Source of the DNA: a virus
Length of the DNA: 41,856 nucleotides
Reading direction: 5' to 3' (one strand)
Virus genome (UHGV): UHGV-0391345
Under the pieces are notes generated by a model. It did no database searches and was not told the DNA's origin. It saw nothing but the letters and a program-made list of their open reading frames with translations. This document shows positions 26,209 to 34,955 of this stretch, one piece after another; the stretch's first letter is position 1, and each line of letters begins with the position of its first letter. The translations under genes and the position numbers were made by a program.

Positions 26209-26223
26209 AAAGGAGGATATAAG

Positions 26224-26409
26224 TTGCTGATTTACGATAGGATTAAAGCAATATGTGAAGAAAAGGGTATTAGTGTTCGACAAGTAGAAACTACTGCTGG
26301 ACTTAAAAACGGTGCAATTAGCAAATGGAATGATTCAAGTCCAACAGTAAAGAGCCTTAAAGCGGTTGCAGATGTTTTAAAAGTAAAGGTTGATAAGCTT
26401 ATTTCTTAG
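26224..26409 (+). CDS. cro-like XRE HTH protein
   Basis: 61 aa. HTH ISVRQVETTAGLKNGAISKWN. AGGAGG RBS. Confidence 0.7.
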   Translation: MLIYDRIKAICEEKGISVRQVETTAGLKNGAISKWNDSSPTVKSLKAVADVLKVKVDKLIS

Positions 26410-26425
26410 AGGAGGAGGTGAAGCG

Positions 26426-26632
26426 GTGGAGAATGAAAAAATCATTTTTATGGACAAAGGGGCTTTGGCATTAGATTTGAATAGAGATAGTGCTACTTCG
26501 ATTCTTTGCCAAGCTATGATGGACGAAACTGTGAGATTGCGGTCATGTATTTGGAAAAAGGAAAGAGATTCCATAAGGAAGTTTCTTATAGAATCTTTTC
26601 AAATAATTTCTGTAAATATTCAAGATAAGTAA
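26426..26632 (+). CDS. small hypothetical protein
   Basis: GTG start after GGAGGAGG. Confidence 0.3.
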   Translation: MENEKIIFMDKGALALDLNRDSATSILCQAMMDETVRLRSCIWKKERDSIRKFLIESFQIISVNIQDK

Positions 26633-27113
26633 AATCAAGAAAAGCATTAAGGTGATAAGCGGCAAGCGAACCAATCAACCAATAAATACCAGTCAGGATT
26701 ATATTGAGGATGAAAGGCAAATGTATATTTTTCGTTTGTACCCAATGTGCAGGTAAAAATATTATGTGGATGGGAAAAATTGAATGTTTTAATCTATTCC
26801 TAAAAGTTCCAATTGTAATAAGAAATACTTTTTCAACCTCTAATTGATATTTTTTTCTATCGCACAAATAAGCAACATTTGTTAAACAACGTTGCTTATA
26901 TCCTCCTTTATTTTCATCATAATAGGTTGGGTATGATGTACCTGCTTGTTTGAATATTTCGTCAACATCTGGTATGTAAGATGACATTTCTTTTCCCGTG
27001 GTAAATCGACCATAAAGCCTTTTTGATTTTAAATACCAGTACGTATTTGAAATTATGCAATATACCCAAATACCAATGCATATAATAATGAGTTTCATTA
27101 GTTTGCTCCTCAC
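26586..27113 (-). CDS. AT-rich membrane protein (2 TM), unknown function
   Basis: N- and C-terminal TM helices. Opposite orientation to the surrounding early genes. Confidence 0.4.
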   Translation of the reverse strand: MRSKLMKLIIICIGIWVYCIISNTYWYLKSKRLYGRFTTGKEMSSYIPDVDEIFKQAGTSYPTYYDENKGGYKQRCLTNVAYLCDRKKYQLEVEKVFLITIGTFRNRLKHSIFPIHIIFLPAHWVQTKNIHLPFILNIILTGIYWLIGSLAAYHLNAFLDFTYLEYLQKLFEKIL

Positions 27114-27269
27114 AAACCGATATAAAAATTATATCATGTAATGAATAAAATGCCCCGGCGGTGCTACGAACACCAACCGGAGCCGTAACCACATTAACCA
27201 GACTAATGCGGATACAGGAATATTTTACCATTTTCTCCTGTATTACGCAAGCACAGGAGGAAAATATTT

Positions 27270-27536
27270 ATGAACATTGAAAACCAAAAGGACAAGCCAA
27301 CATGGGAAGGGCTGGAACAGTATTTTGCTGTAGAGGTAATAGAGCAAAGCAAGAGGAATGCAAAGCATTGGTTTATAGCGTTCCTGGTAACGCTGGCAGC
27401 GCTGATAGGAACCAATGCCGCATGGCTTTATACAGCCGGAACATATGATTATGTTTCCCAGGATGGCACTGGACTGAACAACATCAACACAGGAACACAA
27501 GGAGATTTAGAAAATGGGACAGAGGGCCAGGATTAA
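27270..27536 (+). CDS. single-TM small protein
   Basis: AGGAGG RBS. Confidence 0.4.
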   Translation: MNIENQKDKPTWEGLEQYFAVEVIEQSKRNAKHWFIAFLVTLAALIGTNAAWLYTAGTYDYVSQDGTGLNNINTGTQGDLENGTEGQD

Positions 27537-27585
27537 GAAGAACGGAAAGAGCCGTGGGATTAAGAGAAAGAGAAGGAGATAGCCT

Positions 27586-27690
27586 ATGTACGTTGATCCA
27601 TTTTTGGCGGGAGTTATCTGCACTATCTTTGGAGAGGTATTAATCATTATATTGGCTGCGATTTATCAGTATTTAAAAAGGAGGAAGTAA
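27586..27690 (+). CDS. 34-aa hydrophobic peptide MYVDPFLAGVICTIFGEVLIIILAAIYQYLKRRK
   Basis: AAGGAG RBS. Not in the ORF track. Confidence 0.3.
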   Translation: MYVDPFLAGVICTIFGEVLIIILAAIYQYLKRRK

Positions 27691-27693
27691 AGC

Positions 27694-27921
27694 GTGAAAT
27701 CTAAGAAGCCATCAGAGTGGCAAAAGGACAGCATCCGTGTACTGATAGAAGAAGCTAAGATAAGAAATAATTTTGATGATTCTGAGTTGGCCCAATACTT
27801 AGGATTATGTACAAGCTCATTTAGGGAGCGCAAGGCCAATCCGGGTAAACTGACAATAGATAAGCTACAAATACTTTTGGAGCTGACAAAGAAGGAGATG
27901 AAATTTAATGAAACAGCTTGA
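27694..27921 (+). CDS. small HTH-like protein
   Basis: GTG start. Segment SELAQYLGLCTSSFRERK is helix-turn-helix-like. Confidence 0.35.
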   Translation: MKSKKPSEWQKDSIRVLIEEAKIRNNFDDSELAQYLGLCTSSFRERKANPGKLTIDKLQILLELTKKEMKFNETA

Positions 27922-28048
27922 ATACATACCTGTTGGGAAAACACATTTAAGCCCACGGCAGAAAGACCGGATGATTATTCGTGGCTTAACCGCTGCGGTG
28001 ATGGTCTTAAGCGGATTGTTGGTAATATGTGTGGCGGTGATATTATGA
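27908..28048 (+). CDS. 46-aa single-TM peptide
   Basis: Overlapping start and stop with its neighbours. Confidence 0.25.
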   Translation: MKQLEYIPVGKTHLSPRQKDRMIIRGLTAAVMVLSGLLVICVAVIL

Positions 28049-28224
28049 GCCGCCGCCGGAATGGAACCAACCGGGCCGGGGCAATGGTGAATGCCAGTCG
28101 GTACACCGGATATGGTAAGCCAATAAAAAAGGTCGTCAGCCTGGCAGGGCTAAACGACCGAATACAAAAAACAACTCAATCTGATTATATCAGAGATTAT
28201 GGAGGTTTTCAAGATGGAAGATAA
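28045..28224 (+). CDS. small basic protein
   Basis: ATGA overlap. Confidence 0.25.
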   Translation: MSRRRNGTNRAGAMVNASRYTGYGKPIKKVVSLAGLNDRIQKTTQSDYIRDYGGFQDGR

Positions 28225-28528
28225 GTATAAGATACTATATCACTATCTTTGGACACGTTTTAGAAAAGAGACTGCACAAAAGGCCATCAATGCAGCTAGT
28301 ACTGAGGTAAAAGAGCATTATGACCAAATATTAGAGGATATGGCTGTGATGGAGGCGGAAGTTTTTTTGATGAATATTGTGAATGACTACCAATGCGATT
28401 CCTGTGGATGTTTCCTTGACCCGGAGAGATGGAAAGTATGCGATAAATGCAATAAGAAATCCACAAAGCGGAATAAAGAGCATTACAAGGAGGTTATAAA
28501 ACATGAATCTGGAACACAAGATGATTGA
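28214..28528 (+). CDS. zinc-ribbon-containing hypothetical protein
   Basis: CDSCGC...CDKC. GGAGG RBS. Confidence 0.4.
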   Translation: MEDKYKILYHYLWTRFRKETAQKAINAASTEVKEHYDQILEDMAVMEAEVFLMNIVNDYQCDSCGCFLDPERWKVCDKCNKKSTKRNKEHYKEVIKHESGTQDD

Positions 28529-28653
28529 TGGTACTGCAATGGTATCTTATCTCCGAGATAGACAAAGCCACTTAAGCATAGGGAGTGCCGCCCGGAAGGA
28601 GCTTGAAAAAGCTGTGATATATGTTGTAGGAACGCTGATGAAGGAGGATACGG

Positions 28654-29355
28654 ATGAAAAATCTTGAACTATATGAGCAGGTCCGTTCCGTCCCGGATAG
28701 CGCCAAGAAAACCATTAAGGGAGGACGTACTAGTGGTATGACCGATATTAACCCCATGTGGCGCATAAAAGTCCTTACTGAGCAGTTTGGCCCATGTGGG
28801 ATAGGATGGTACTACATCCCAACGCGGAAGTGGCTGGAAACATCAGGGAATGAGATAGCGGCTTTTGTGGATATCGAATTATACATAAAGGTTGACGGGG
28901 AATGGTCTAAACCAATTCCCGGAAACGGCGGCAGCATGTTTGCATCAAAAGAGAAATCCGGTATATATGTTTCGGACGAATGCTATAAAATGGCAACCAC
29001 AGATGCTATATCGGTAGCGTGTAAGCAGCTTGGAATTGGTGCAGATGTGTACTGGGATTCTGACAGGACTAAATACAACAAAGAACAAATTTTAGAATCA
29101 AAGAATGAAAAGAGTATTACAAAGGAAAAGAAGCTAAACGAGGATCAGGTAAACGATTTGATAGCAGAGTGTGAGAGAACTGGTAAACATTGGAGGTCCA
29201 TATGCTCTATTTATGCTGTAGACAAATTCAGTGATATGGTTGAATCGCAGTATATAGATTGTATTGCGAGGTTTAAGAATACACCAGATAAACCTTCTAA
29301 TGAAAACACTGCACCTCCAGATGAAATGCAGGAGAGCGGACTTCCGTGGAACTAG
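28654..29355 (+). CDS. Rad52/Sak-type single-strand annealing protein
   Basis: LTEQFGPCGIGW, AAFVDIELYIKVDGEWSKPIPGNGGS and KMATTDAISVACKQLGIGADVY line up with the conserved Rad52 N-terminal-domain blocks. Confidence 0.55.
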   Translation: MKNLELYEQVRSVPDSAKKTIKGGRTSGMTDINPMWRIKVLTEQFGPCGIGWYYIPTRKWLETSGNEIAAFVDIELYIKVDGEWSKPIPGNGGSMFASKEKSGIYVSDECYKMATTDAISVACKQLGIGADVYWDSDRTKYNKEQILESKNEKSITKEKKLNEDQVNDLIAECERTGKHWRSICSIYAVDKFSDMVESQYIDCIARFKNTPDKPSNENTAPPDEMQESGLPWN

Positions 29356-29365
29356 AGGTGAATAT

Positions 29366-29992
29366 ATGCATGAGTCAGCAAATATAACGGCATACAAACT
29401 GGTTCCAGAGGGGACATATTTACAGATTTTTATTCCTGGGAAAAATCTTATGGATCCGATCATCGAAAAGCGTATGAATAGATGTAGCGTATGGCTTGAT
29501 GATGGCAGACATATAAGCGCAGACCAGCGCAGGAAGATTTACGCCACAGTCAATGACATCTCCGCCTATTCCGGGAACGTGCCGGAGGTAGAGAAAGAAT
29601 GGCTTAAGTATTTACATATCAACCGGACCGGATGCGGATATTTTTCACTGTCTGATTGCTCTATGGATACTGCCAGGGAATTTATCAATACCATGTTGGA
29701 TTATTCGCTGGAGCAGGGAATACCGTTGTTGGATTTCGCTCTTAACCGTACCGATGATATAGGACATTACCTGTATGCGTGTTTAAAGCTTCGTAAGTGT
29801 GCTATATGCGGTCGAGATGGAGAGATACACCATGTAGATACTATCGGCATGGGTAATGACCGGAGGAAGGTTGATGATTCGGAGTACCGGAAAATATGCT
29901 TATGCCGGCAGCACCATACAGAAGCGCATAGCATTGGTATGACAGCGTTTGAGGACAGATATAAGGTGTACGGAATCAAGTTTGATAACTGA
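29366..29992 (+). CDS. HNH-like Cys/His motif protein
   Basis: C-terminal CAICGRDGEIHHVD...CLCRQHHTEAH. Confidence 0.4.
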   Translation: MHESANITAYKLVPEGTYLQIFIPGKNLMDPIIEKRMNRCSVWLDDGRHISADQRRKIYATVNDISAYSGNVPEVEKEWLKYLHINRTGCGYFSLSDCSMDTAREFINTMLDYSLEQGIPLLDFALNRTDDIGHYLYACLKLRKCAICGRDGEIHHVDTIGMGNDRRKVDDSEYRKICLCRQHHTEAHSIGMTAFEDRYKVYGIKFDN

Positions 29993-30009
29993 TATCAGCA
30001 GTATTGAAT
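29987..30009. repeat. intergenic motif copy 1: AACTGATATCAGCAGTATTGAAT
   Basis: Consensus (T)AAACTGATAWTCAGYAGTATTARCA. The palindromic core CTGATATCAG includes the upstream stop codon. Confidence 0.5.
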
Positions 30010-30022
30010 TGGGAGGAAGAAA

Positions 30023-30178
30023 ATGATTAAAGAATATATCAGCACCCCACAGGCATTAGCATTGGCTGTCATGGTTTTTACTTTAGGGTTAAAGACACCA
30101 GTTAGGGACGAGACAGCATTAAATGTGATTAAAATACTGTGTGTTATAAGTATAGTTGTTCTGTGGGCATTGATGTAA
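30023..30178 (+). CDS. 51-aa membrane peptide
   Basis: Strong RBS GGGAGGAAGAAA. Not in the ORF track. Confidence 0.3.
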   Translation: MIKEYISTPQALALAVMVFTLGLKTPVRDETALNVIKILCVISIVVLWALM

Positions 30179-30332
30179 TTGATATTAGCATCCCTATCGG
30201 TATCAGATCCCGCAAGGGATGATACATACAGCGGTAAATATAGTTGGTCAGATTGCATATGTCACGAATACTTTCTGACGCTGGGCCGGGACCTATCAAA
30301 CCTCCTTTACCCGGCCCGAAAGGAGGGATTAT

Positions 30333-30716
30333 TTGAAGAATAAGCGAACTGTTAGTGAAGATGTTCAAGCAAGGGTATATAATGCACTCCTTGTAGGGAA
30401 AGAGAATGCATTGAACCGGGATGAATTAGTATCCAAGACAGGAGAAAAGGACAGAGATGTAAGAACCGCGATAGAGATGTTAAGGCATGATAAAGTGATT
30501 CTTTCCTTGACAACAGGAAAAGGTTACTATGTACCCCGTGACGATGCACAGGGACGGCAAGAAGCCTATAAATGGATGGAAAGCCAGAATAGCCGGATAG
30601 AGAGCATAAAGGCGGCAGAGCGTGGCGCACAGCTATTTGTAGGCCGAAATAAGAAGAACAAGAGAAAGAATACCGAAATCCCTGGACAACTGAGTATGTT
30701 TGGTACTGGATTATGA
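30333..30716 (+). CDS. winged-helix DNA-binding protein (replication-module)
   Basis: TTG start 8 nt after AAAGGAGGG. Confidence 0.4.
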   Translation: MKNKRTVSEDVQARVYNALLVGKENALNRDELVSKTGEKDRDVRTAIEMLRHDKVILSLTTGKGYYVPRDDAQGRQEAYKWMESQNSRIESIKAAERGAQLFVGRNKKNKRKNTEIPGQLSMFGTGL

Positions 30717-31372
30717 GAGATAGTGTTGTATTTTATCGCAGCTTCTGGGAAGCCATTAAGCAATTGCCGGAAAAAGAAAGATTGGAATCTCTTACAGCAA
30801 TCTTAGAATATGGACTTGATGAAATAGAGCCTAAATCAGCAGGTGTTGCATCAGCAATGTTTTTAATGGCAAAACCACAAATTGATGCGAATAATCGTAG
30901 ATACCAAAACGGAACCAAGGGTGGTAGGCCAGCGACCAAAACAGAACCAAACAATAACCTAGAATCCAATTATAATAAACCAAGTGATAACCAAACCATA
31001 ACCAAAGCAAAACCTAAGGAAAAGGATAATGTAAAGGAAAAGGATAATGTAAATGATAATAATAAAAAAACATTTACTCCACCTTCGGTGTCGGATGTGT
31101 CCGATTATTGCAATTTGAATGGATATGGCATTGACCCAGAGAGTTTTGTTGATTTTTATGCATCAAAGGGATGGATGGTTGGAAAAAACAAAATGAAGGA
31201 CTGGAAAGCTTCGGTAAGGACCTGGGTGAGAAGCCAGCGGCAGGAATTGACCGCCAAAGGCAGTAAAAACCAGTTCCACAATTTTGACCAACGAGAAACT
31301 GATTACGATGCATTGATGCTAAAACAGGTACAGGACTGGGTAGGGGAGGGGACAGATGAAGGAAGCACATAG
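30713..31372 (+). CDS. DnaD-like / replisome-organiser-like replication protein
   Basis: C-terminal motif FVDFYASKGWMVGKNKMKDWKASVRTW. The low-complexity linker carries an 18-bp tandem duplication. Confidence 0.45.
   Translation: MRDSVVFYRSFWEAIKQLPEKERLESLTAILEYGLDEIEPKSAGVASAMFLMAKPQIDANNRRYQNGTKGGRPATKTEPNNNLESNYNKPSDNQTITKAKPKEKDNVKEKDNVNDNNKKTFTPPSVSDVSDYCNLNGYGIDPESFVDFYASKGWMVGKNKMKDWKASVRTWVRSQRQELTAKGSKNQFHNFDQRETDYDALMLKQVQDWVGEGTDEGST
31016..31051 (+). repeat. perfect 18-bp tandem duplication AAGGAAAAGGATAATGTA x2 (in-frame KEKDNV x2)
   Basis: Copies at 31016-31033 and 31034-31051. Confidence 0.6.
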
Positions 31373-31610
31373 GCGTATACTTGACTATATTAAGTCCTAC
31401 ATGGTGATCCATAACTATCCTCCCACTACCAGGGAGATTGGGGATGGAGTTGGATATACATCTAGTTCTACCATATGGGGATATTTACGTGACATGAGAG
31501 ATAAGGGACTGATTGATTATACGGATGAATGCCCAAGGACGATTACAATACCTGGATGTCATTACGTTTTTGAGAAGGGAGATGTGCTTGAATGCCGGAA
31601 AATAAAATAA
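31356..31610 (+). CDS. LexA N-terminal DNA-binding-domain-only protein (no peptidase domain)
   Basis: ILDYIKSYMVIHNYPPTTREIGDGVGYTSSSTIWGYLRDMRDKGLI matches the LexA winged-helix domain. Only 84 aa. Confidence 0.55.
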   Translation: MKEAHRRILDYIKSYMVIHNYPPTTREIGDGVGYTSSSTIWGYLRDMRDKGLIDYTDECPRTITIPGCHYVFEKGDVLECRKIK

Positions 31611-31777
31611 AAAATCAATATAGCGAAAATTCAGAACGCCAAAGAATGGCAGCAATAAAAGATATGGAAAAACATCCATCGCCCATGACACAAGCATATC
31701 TACGTCCAGCCTATGATAGGACGGAAATATGCCCGGATCATTCCAGGCGTCCAAGTAATCAAAATGCCCATTTCTGA
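31592..31777 (+). CDS. hypothetical protein
   Basis: Open reading frame only. Confidence 0.25.
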   Translation: MPENKIKNQYSENSERQRMAAIKDMEKHPSPMTQAYLRPAYDRTEICPDHSRRPSNQNAHF

Positions 31778-31793
31778 AAGGAGAAGAAACTGA

Positions 31794-31955
31794 ATGAAAA
31801 AATATCACTTTTATATGGGGACAGGATTTGCCGGGGCAACCCATGAAGAAGAATTTGAATTTGATGATGATGCATCGCAGGAAGAAGTTGAAGATTCGTA
31901 TGAGGATTGGAAAAATAGTCATTTAGATTGTTCTTGGTGGGAGGTAAAAGAATAA
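31794..31955 (+). CDS. 53-aa acidic hypothetical protein
   Basis: AAAGGAG RBS. Confidence 0.3.
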   Translation: MKKYHFYMGTGFAGATHEEEFEFDDDASQEEVEDSYEDWKNSHLDCSWWEVKE

Positions 31956-31980
31956 ACACAGATTTAGAGGAGGAAGCAGA

Positions 31981-32286
31981 ATGGGAAGACTAATTGATTC
32001 GGATGATGTAAAAAAACTGCTTATTGCAAGATATGAGGGAGAAGAGTACATAATCGAGGATATAAGAAAAATTCCAACCGCAAAAACAGAGAATAAGTGG
32101 GTTCCGGTTGAAAGGGACCTTCCTCCGTGTGGAGAGATAGTACACGTTACGGTTAGACGTGGATATGTTGAAGTTGGATATTATGATGATGTTAGAGAAG
32201 AATGGTGGAAGGTTGATGATGAAGGACTTCTTGATGTGATTGCATGGCATCCAGCACCGGATCCATATAAGGAGGCAGAGGGATGA
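31981..32286 (+). CDS. hypothetical protein
   Basis: GGAGG RBS. Confidence 0.4.
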   Translation: MGRLIDSDDVKKLLIARYEGEEYIIEDIRKIPTAKTENKWVPVERDLPPCGEIVHVTVRRGYVEVGYYDDVREEWWKVDDEGLLDVIAWHPAPDPYKEAEG

Positions 32287-32645
32287 AGGGATATAGACCA
32301 AAACTCGTTGAAGGACGGGTAAACAGCACTGGATGGCCGATAGATGGGTATGTAGTAGCGTTAACGTTATGGGATTATGACAACTACGAGATGTATCATC
32401 TGTTCAGCTGGCCGGATGAATCGGACGATGCAATGATGCGAACTATGTACCAGACAGAAGAGGAAGCCGGATTTTTGCTGGCTGATAGTTTGGAAGAGTT
32501 TGAACAGCAGTGGAAGGCTGGAGAGTGGGAGGCTCAAGGATCATTCTACATTCCGCTCGATAAAGTGGAGGTTATTAAGGTAATCTGGGAAGAGGAAAAA
32601 GAACATGATTATGGGGAGCGAGGGAAGGAAAAGTATGACAATTGA
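32283..32645 (+). CDS. hypothetical protein
   Basis: ATGA overlap with its neighbour. Confidence 0.4.
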   Translation: MKGYRPKLVEGRVNSTGWPIDGYVVALTLWDYDNYEMYHLFSWPDESDDAMMRTMYQTEEEAGFLLADSLEEFEQQWKAGEWEAQGSFYIPLDKVEVIKVIWEEEKEHDYGERGKEKYDN

Positions 32646-32907
32646 CAAAAGAGAAGCCATAGGCATATTGCAGGAACACATTAATACATACCACCACCAA
32701 ATTACGGATGGTGGATGGGAACAGATGGTGCGTATGGGAATTGCCAGAAACACGATACAAGACAAGTTGGCATTCCGGGCAGACGCAGAAAAGCAGATAC
32801 AGGCATATAAGATGGCAATCAAAGCACTGGAGAGCGGGGAGGCAGAGGAGTTTGCGAACCGGTGTTATCTGGATGGAATATGCTCGTTTCAGTCGCCAAT
32901 TTGTTAA
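32635..32907 (+). CDS. hypothetical protein
   Basis: ATGA overlap with its neighbour. Confidence 0.35.
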   Translation: MTIDKREAIGILQEHINTYHHQITDGGWEQMVRMGIARNTIQDKLAFRADAEKQIQAYKMAIKALESGEAEEFANRCYLDGICSFQSPIC

Positions 32908-33063
32908 CCAAAATCGCTATTTAAGCAATTAAAGAAATAGAAAGTAAAACAGTCCTGGCCGGGTAAAGTGATCACTTTCTGAATGGTAAAATTACAGGAT
33001 TTACCAGTCAATACATTAGCGCTGGTGAGCGATAATAGTAATTATTCATTTTAGGAGGTACCT

Positions 33064-33789
33064 ATGAAAGTATGTTGGTTTAGCACCGGAGTATCGTCTT
33101 TTGTGGCGTGTTACTTGGCTAAGGATATTGATAAAATTATTTACACTCATGTCGAAAATCAACATCCTGATAGTCTGAGATTTTTGAAGGATTGCGAGGC
33201 GATTTTGGGAAGAAAGATTGAGCCTATACAATCAGATAAATACAAAGATGTGGATGATGTAATTGAAAATACCAGATGCATAAACACAGCTTTTGGAGCA
33301 CCCTGCACTAAATGGTTGAAAAAACAGGTACGCAGAGACTGGGAGGCAGCGAATCCAGACCATCATACATATGTGTGGGGTTATGATGTGAATGAGATGC
33401 ACAGAGCAGACGCAGTTGTTAAAGCGCTTTCTGACTACGACCATGAGTTCCCGTTGATTGAGAATGGATTGACAAAAGCAGAGTGCCACGGGATAGCCGA
33501 TAAACTGGGGCTGAAACGCCCAGTAATGTATGACATGGGGTATCCAAACAACAACTGCATTGGTTGCGTAAAAGGCGGCATGGGATACTGGAATAAGATT
33601 CGGATTGATTTCCCGGAGGTATTTGAACGCCGGGCTAGGCAGGAGAGGGAGATAGGGCATAGTTGTATCGGGGGAGTATATCTGGACGAGTTAGACCCGA
33701 ACCGTGGAAGGATGGACCTGGAGGTTATGGAAGACTGTACGATAGCCTGCCAATTACTTAGCCAGGGGATAGGCTGGATAAATGACTGA
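33064..33789 (+). CDS. PAPS-reductase-family (PP-loop ATP-pyrophosphatase fold) protein with a degenerate PP-loop
   Basis: N-terminal CWFSTGVSSFVA corresponds to the SGGxDS PP-loop position. Size and C-terminal Cys pairs fit the family. Confidence 0.5.
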   Translation: MKVCWFSTGVSSFVACYLAKDIDKIIYTHVENQHPDSLRFLKDCEAILGRKIEPIQSDKYKDVDDVIENTRCINTAFGAPCTKWLKKQVRRDWEAANPDHHTYVWGYDVNEMHRADAVVKALSDYDHEFPLIENGLTKAECHGIADKLGLKRPVMYDMGYPNNNCIGCVKGGMGYWNKIRIDFPEVFERRARQEREIGHSCIGGVYLDELDPNRGRMDLEVMEDCTIACQLLSQGIGWIND

Positions 33790-33844
33790 AAGGAAATATT
33801 GTATTAAACGATGAAAATTAGGATTTGAGAAAGGACTGTAGCGA

Positions 33845-34087
33845 ATGGAAATTGAAAAGGCAATAGAAATTGTTAGCAGAAAAACAACAATCCCTAATGA
33901 GGGTGAAAGTTTTTCTGATATCGAGGAGGCATATAAAATCGCTATAGTATCTATGCGAAAGGATATTTACAAGAGATGTGCGTATGATAGGGGATTTTAT
34001 CTCTGCCCTAATTGTGGTGAATCAACTGCGGAAGACTGTGTAAATACAGGGCGTTGCTCTACATGTGGTCAGGCGATAATCCATTAA
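33845..34087 (+). CDS. small Cys-rich protein (CPNCG...CSTCG zinc ribbon)
   Basis: The repeat motif follows the stop. Confidence 0.4.
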   Translation: MEIEKAIEIVSRKTTIPNEGESFSDIEEAYKIAIVSMRKDIYKRCAYDRGFYLCPNCGESTAEDCVNTGRCSTCGQAIIH

Positions 34088-34110
34088 ACTGATAATCAGC
34101 AGTATTAACA
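34086..34110. repeat. intergenic motif copy 2: AAACTGATAATCAGCAGTATTAACA
   Basis: Same motif, directly after the stop of 33845..34087. Confidence 0.5.
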
Positions 34111-34112
34111 TT

Positions 34113-34304
34113 ATGGAGGAACCAGCTGTGGCATATGTAAGATGCGGGAATCATGATTGCGAAAATCATAATAAGAAAATGGGATGTAAGTTATCCGTGG
34201 TATTAATATCATCACATTCGGAAAACGATATACCATGTGGAGAAAATGCATTGCTTGACAATTTGACATACTGCTTAAATTATTCTAAAAAGCAGGAAGA
34301 TTAA
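34113..34304 (+). CDS. small Cys-rich protein
   Basis: CGNHDCENH...C...PCG...C. Confidence 0.35.
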   Translation: MEEPAVAYVRCGNHDCENHNKKMGCKLSVVLISSHSENDIPCGENALLDNLTYCLNYSKKQED

Positions 34305-34327
34305 AATTTTACAGAGGAGTAAATAAC

Positions 34328-34558
34328 ATGAAAGTAAAACAGACGCGTGAGATGGTGAAACGAATAGAGAGCCTAATGTCTGATCTTGAAAAAGTAGATA
34401 AATCAAGAGATATTGACGATAGCATTGAGGAAAGCATTGAATGCTATTCAGGCGTAAAATCATTTTCAGGGTTGTTGATTGACACTGTGGCTTGTTTGGG
34501 TGATTATAGATCACTTCTAAATCGAGCCATTGAAGAAGCAGATATCCCATTAATTTAA
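34328..34558 (+). CDS. hypothetical protein
   Basis: GGAG RBS. Confidence 0.35.
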   Translation: MKVKQTREMVKRIESLMSDLEKVDKSRDIDDSIEESIECYSGVKSFSGLLIDTVACLGDYRSLLNRAIEEADIPLI

Positions 34559-34575
34559 AATTTTGAGGTATTGGT

Positions 34576-34746
34576 ATGATTAAAAACAAAGAGCTGTTGG
34601 GGATTATTGAAACAAAGAAACGGGAAAAAAGCTGCGAAAATTGTAGGCACTGCAATCTACAAGCATTCCATAGGGGGCAGTGGTATTGCAATAAGATAAG
34701 TGTTTTTGATGTTCCAGTGGAAACAAAAAAATGTTTTGAAGATTAG
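34576..34746 (+). CDS. 56-aa Cys-rich protein (CENCRHC...C...C)
   Basis: Not in the ORF track. Confidence 0.3.
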   Translation: MIKNKELLGIIETKKREKSCENCRHCNLQAFHRGQWYCNKISVFDVPVETKKCFED

Positions 34747-34955
34747 TATCTGGAGGATAAAGAATGATACCAGAAGACAGAAGAAAGATATATATGTAAA
34801 TATTGCATATATTGTGAATGTGAGAAAGAAACAGAAGGAATGGTAATTTGTAATGTTGATATAAGAGAACAGGTGGATGTTAATCACCCAAGTTGCTACT
34901 GCTTTGATTATGATGATACTTTTAAGAGATATTAAGTTTTCCAGAGGTAGAAAAT

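Noticed and set aside
29995-30368. Minus-strand ORFs 29995..30258 and 30144..30368
   Set aside because: They overlap a + strand peptide with a strong RBS and a hairpin-rich leader. They have no RBS and an odd composition.
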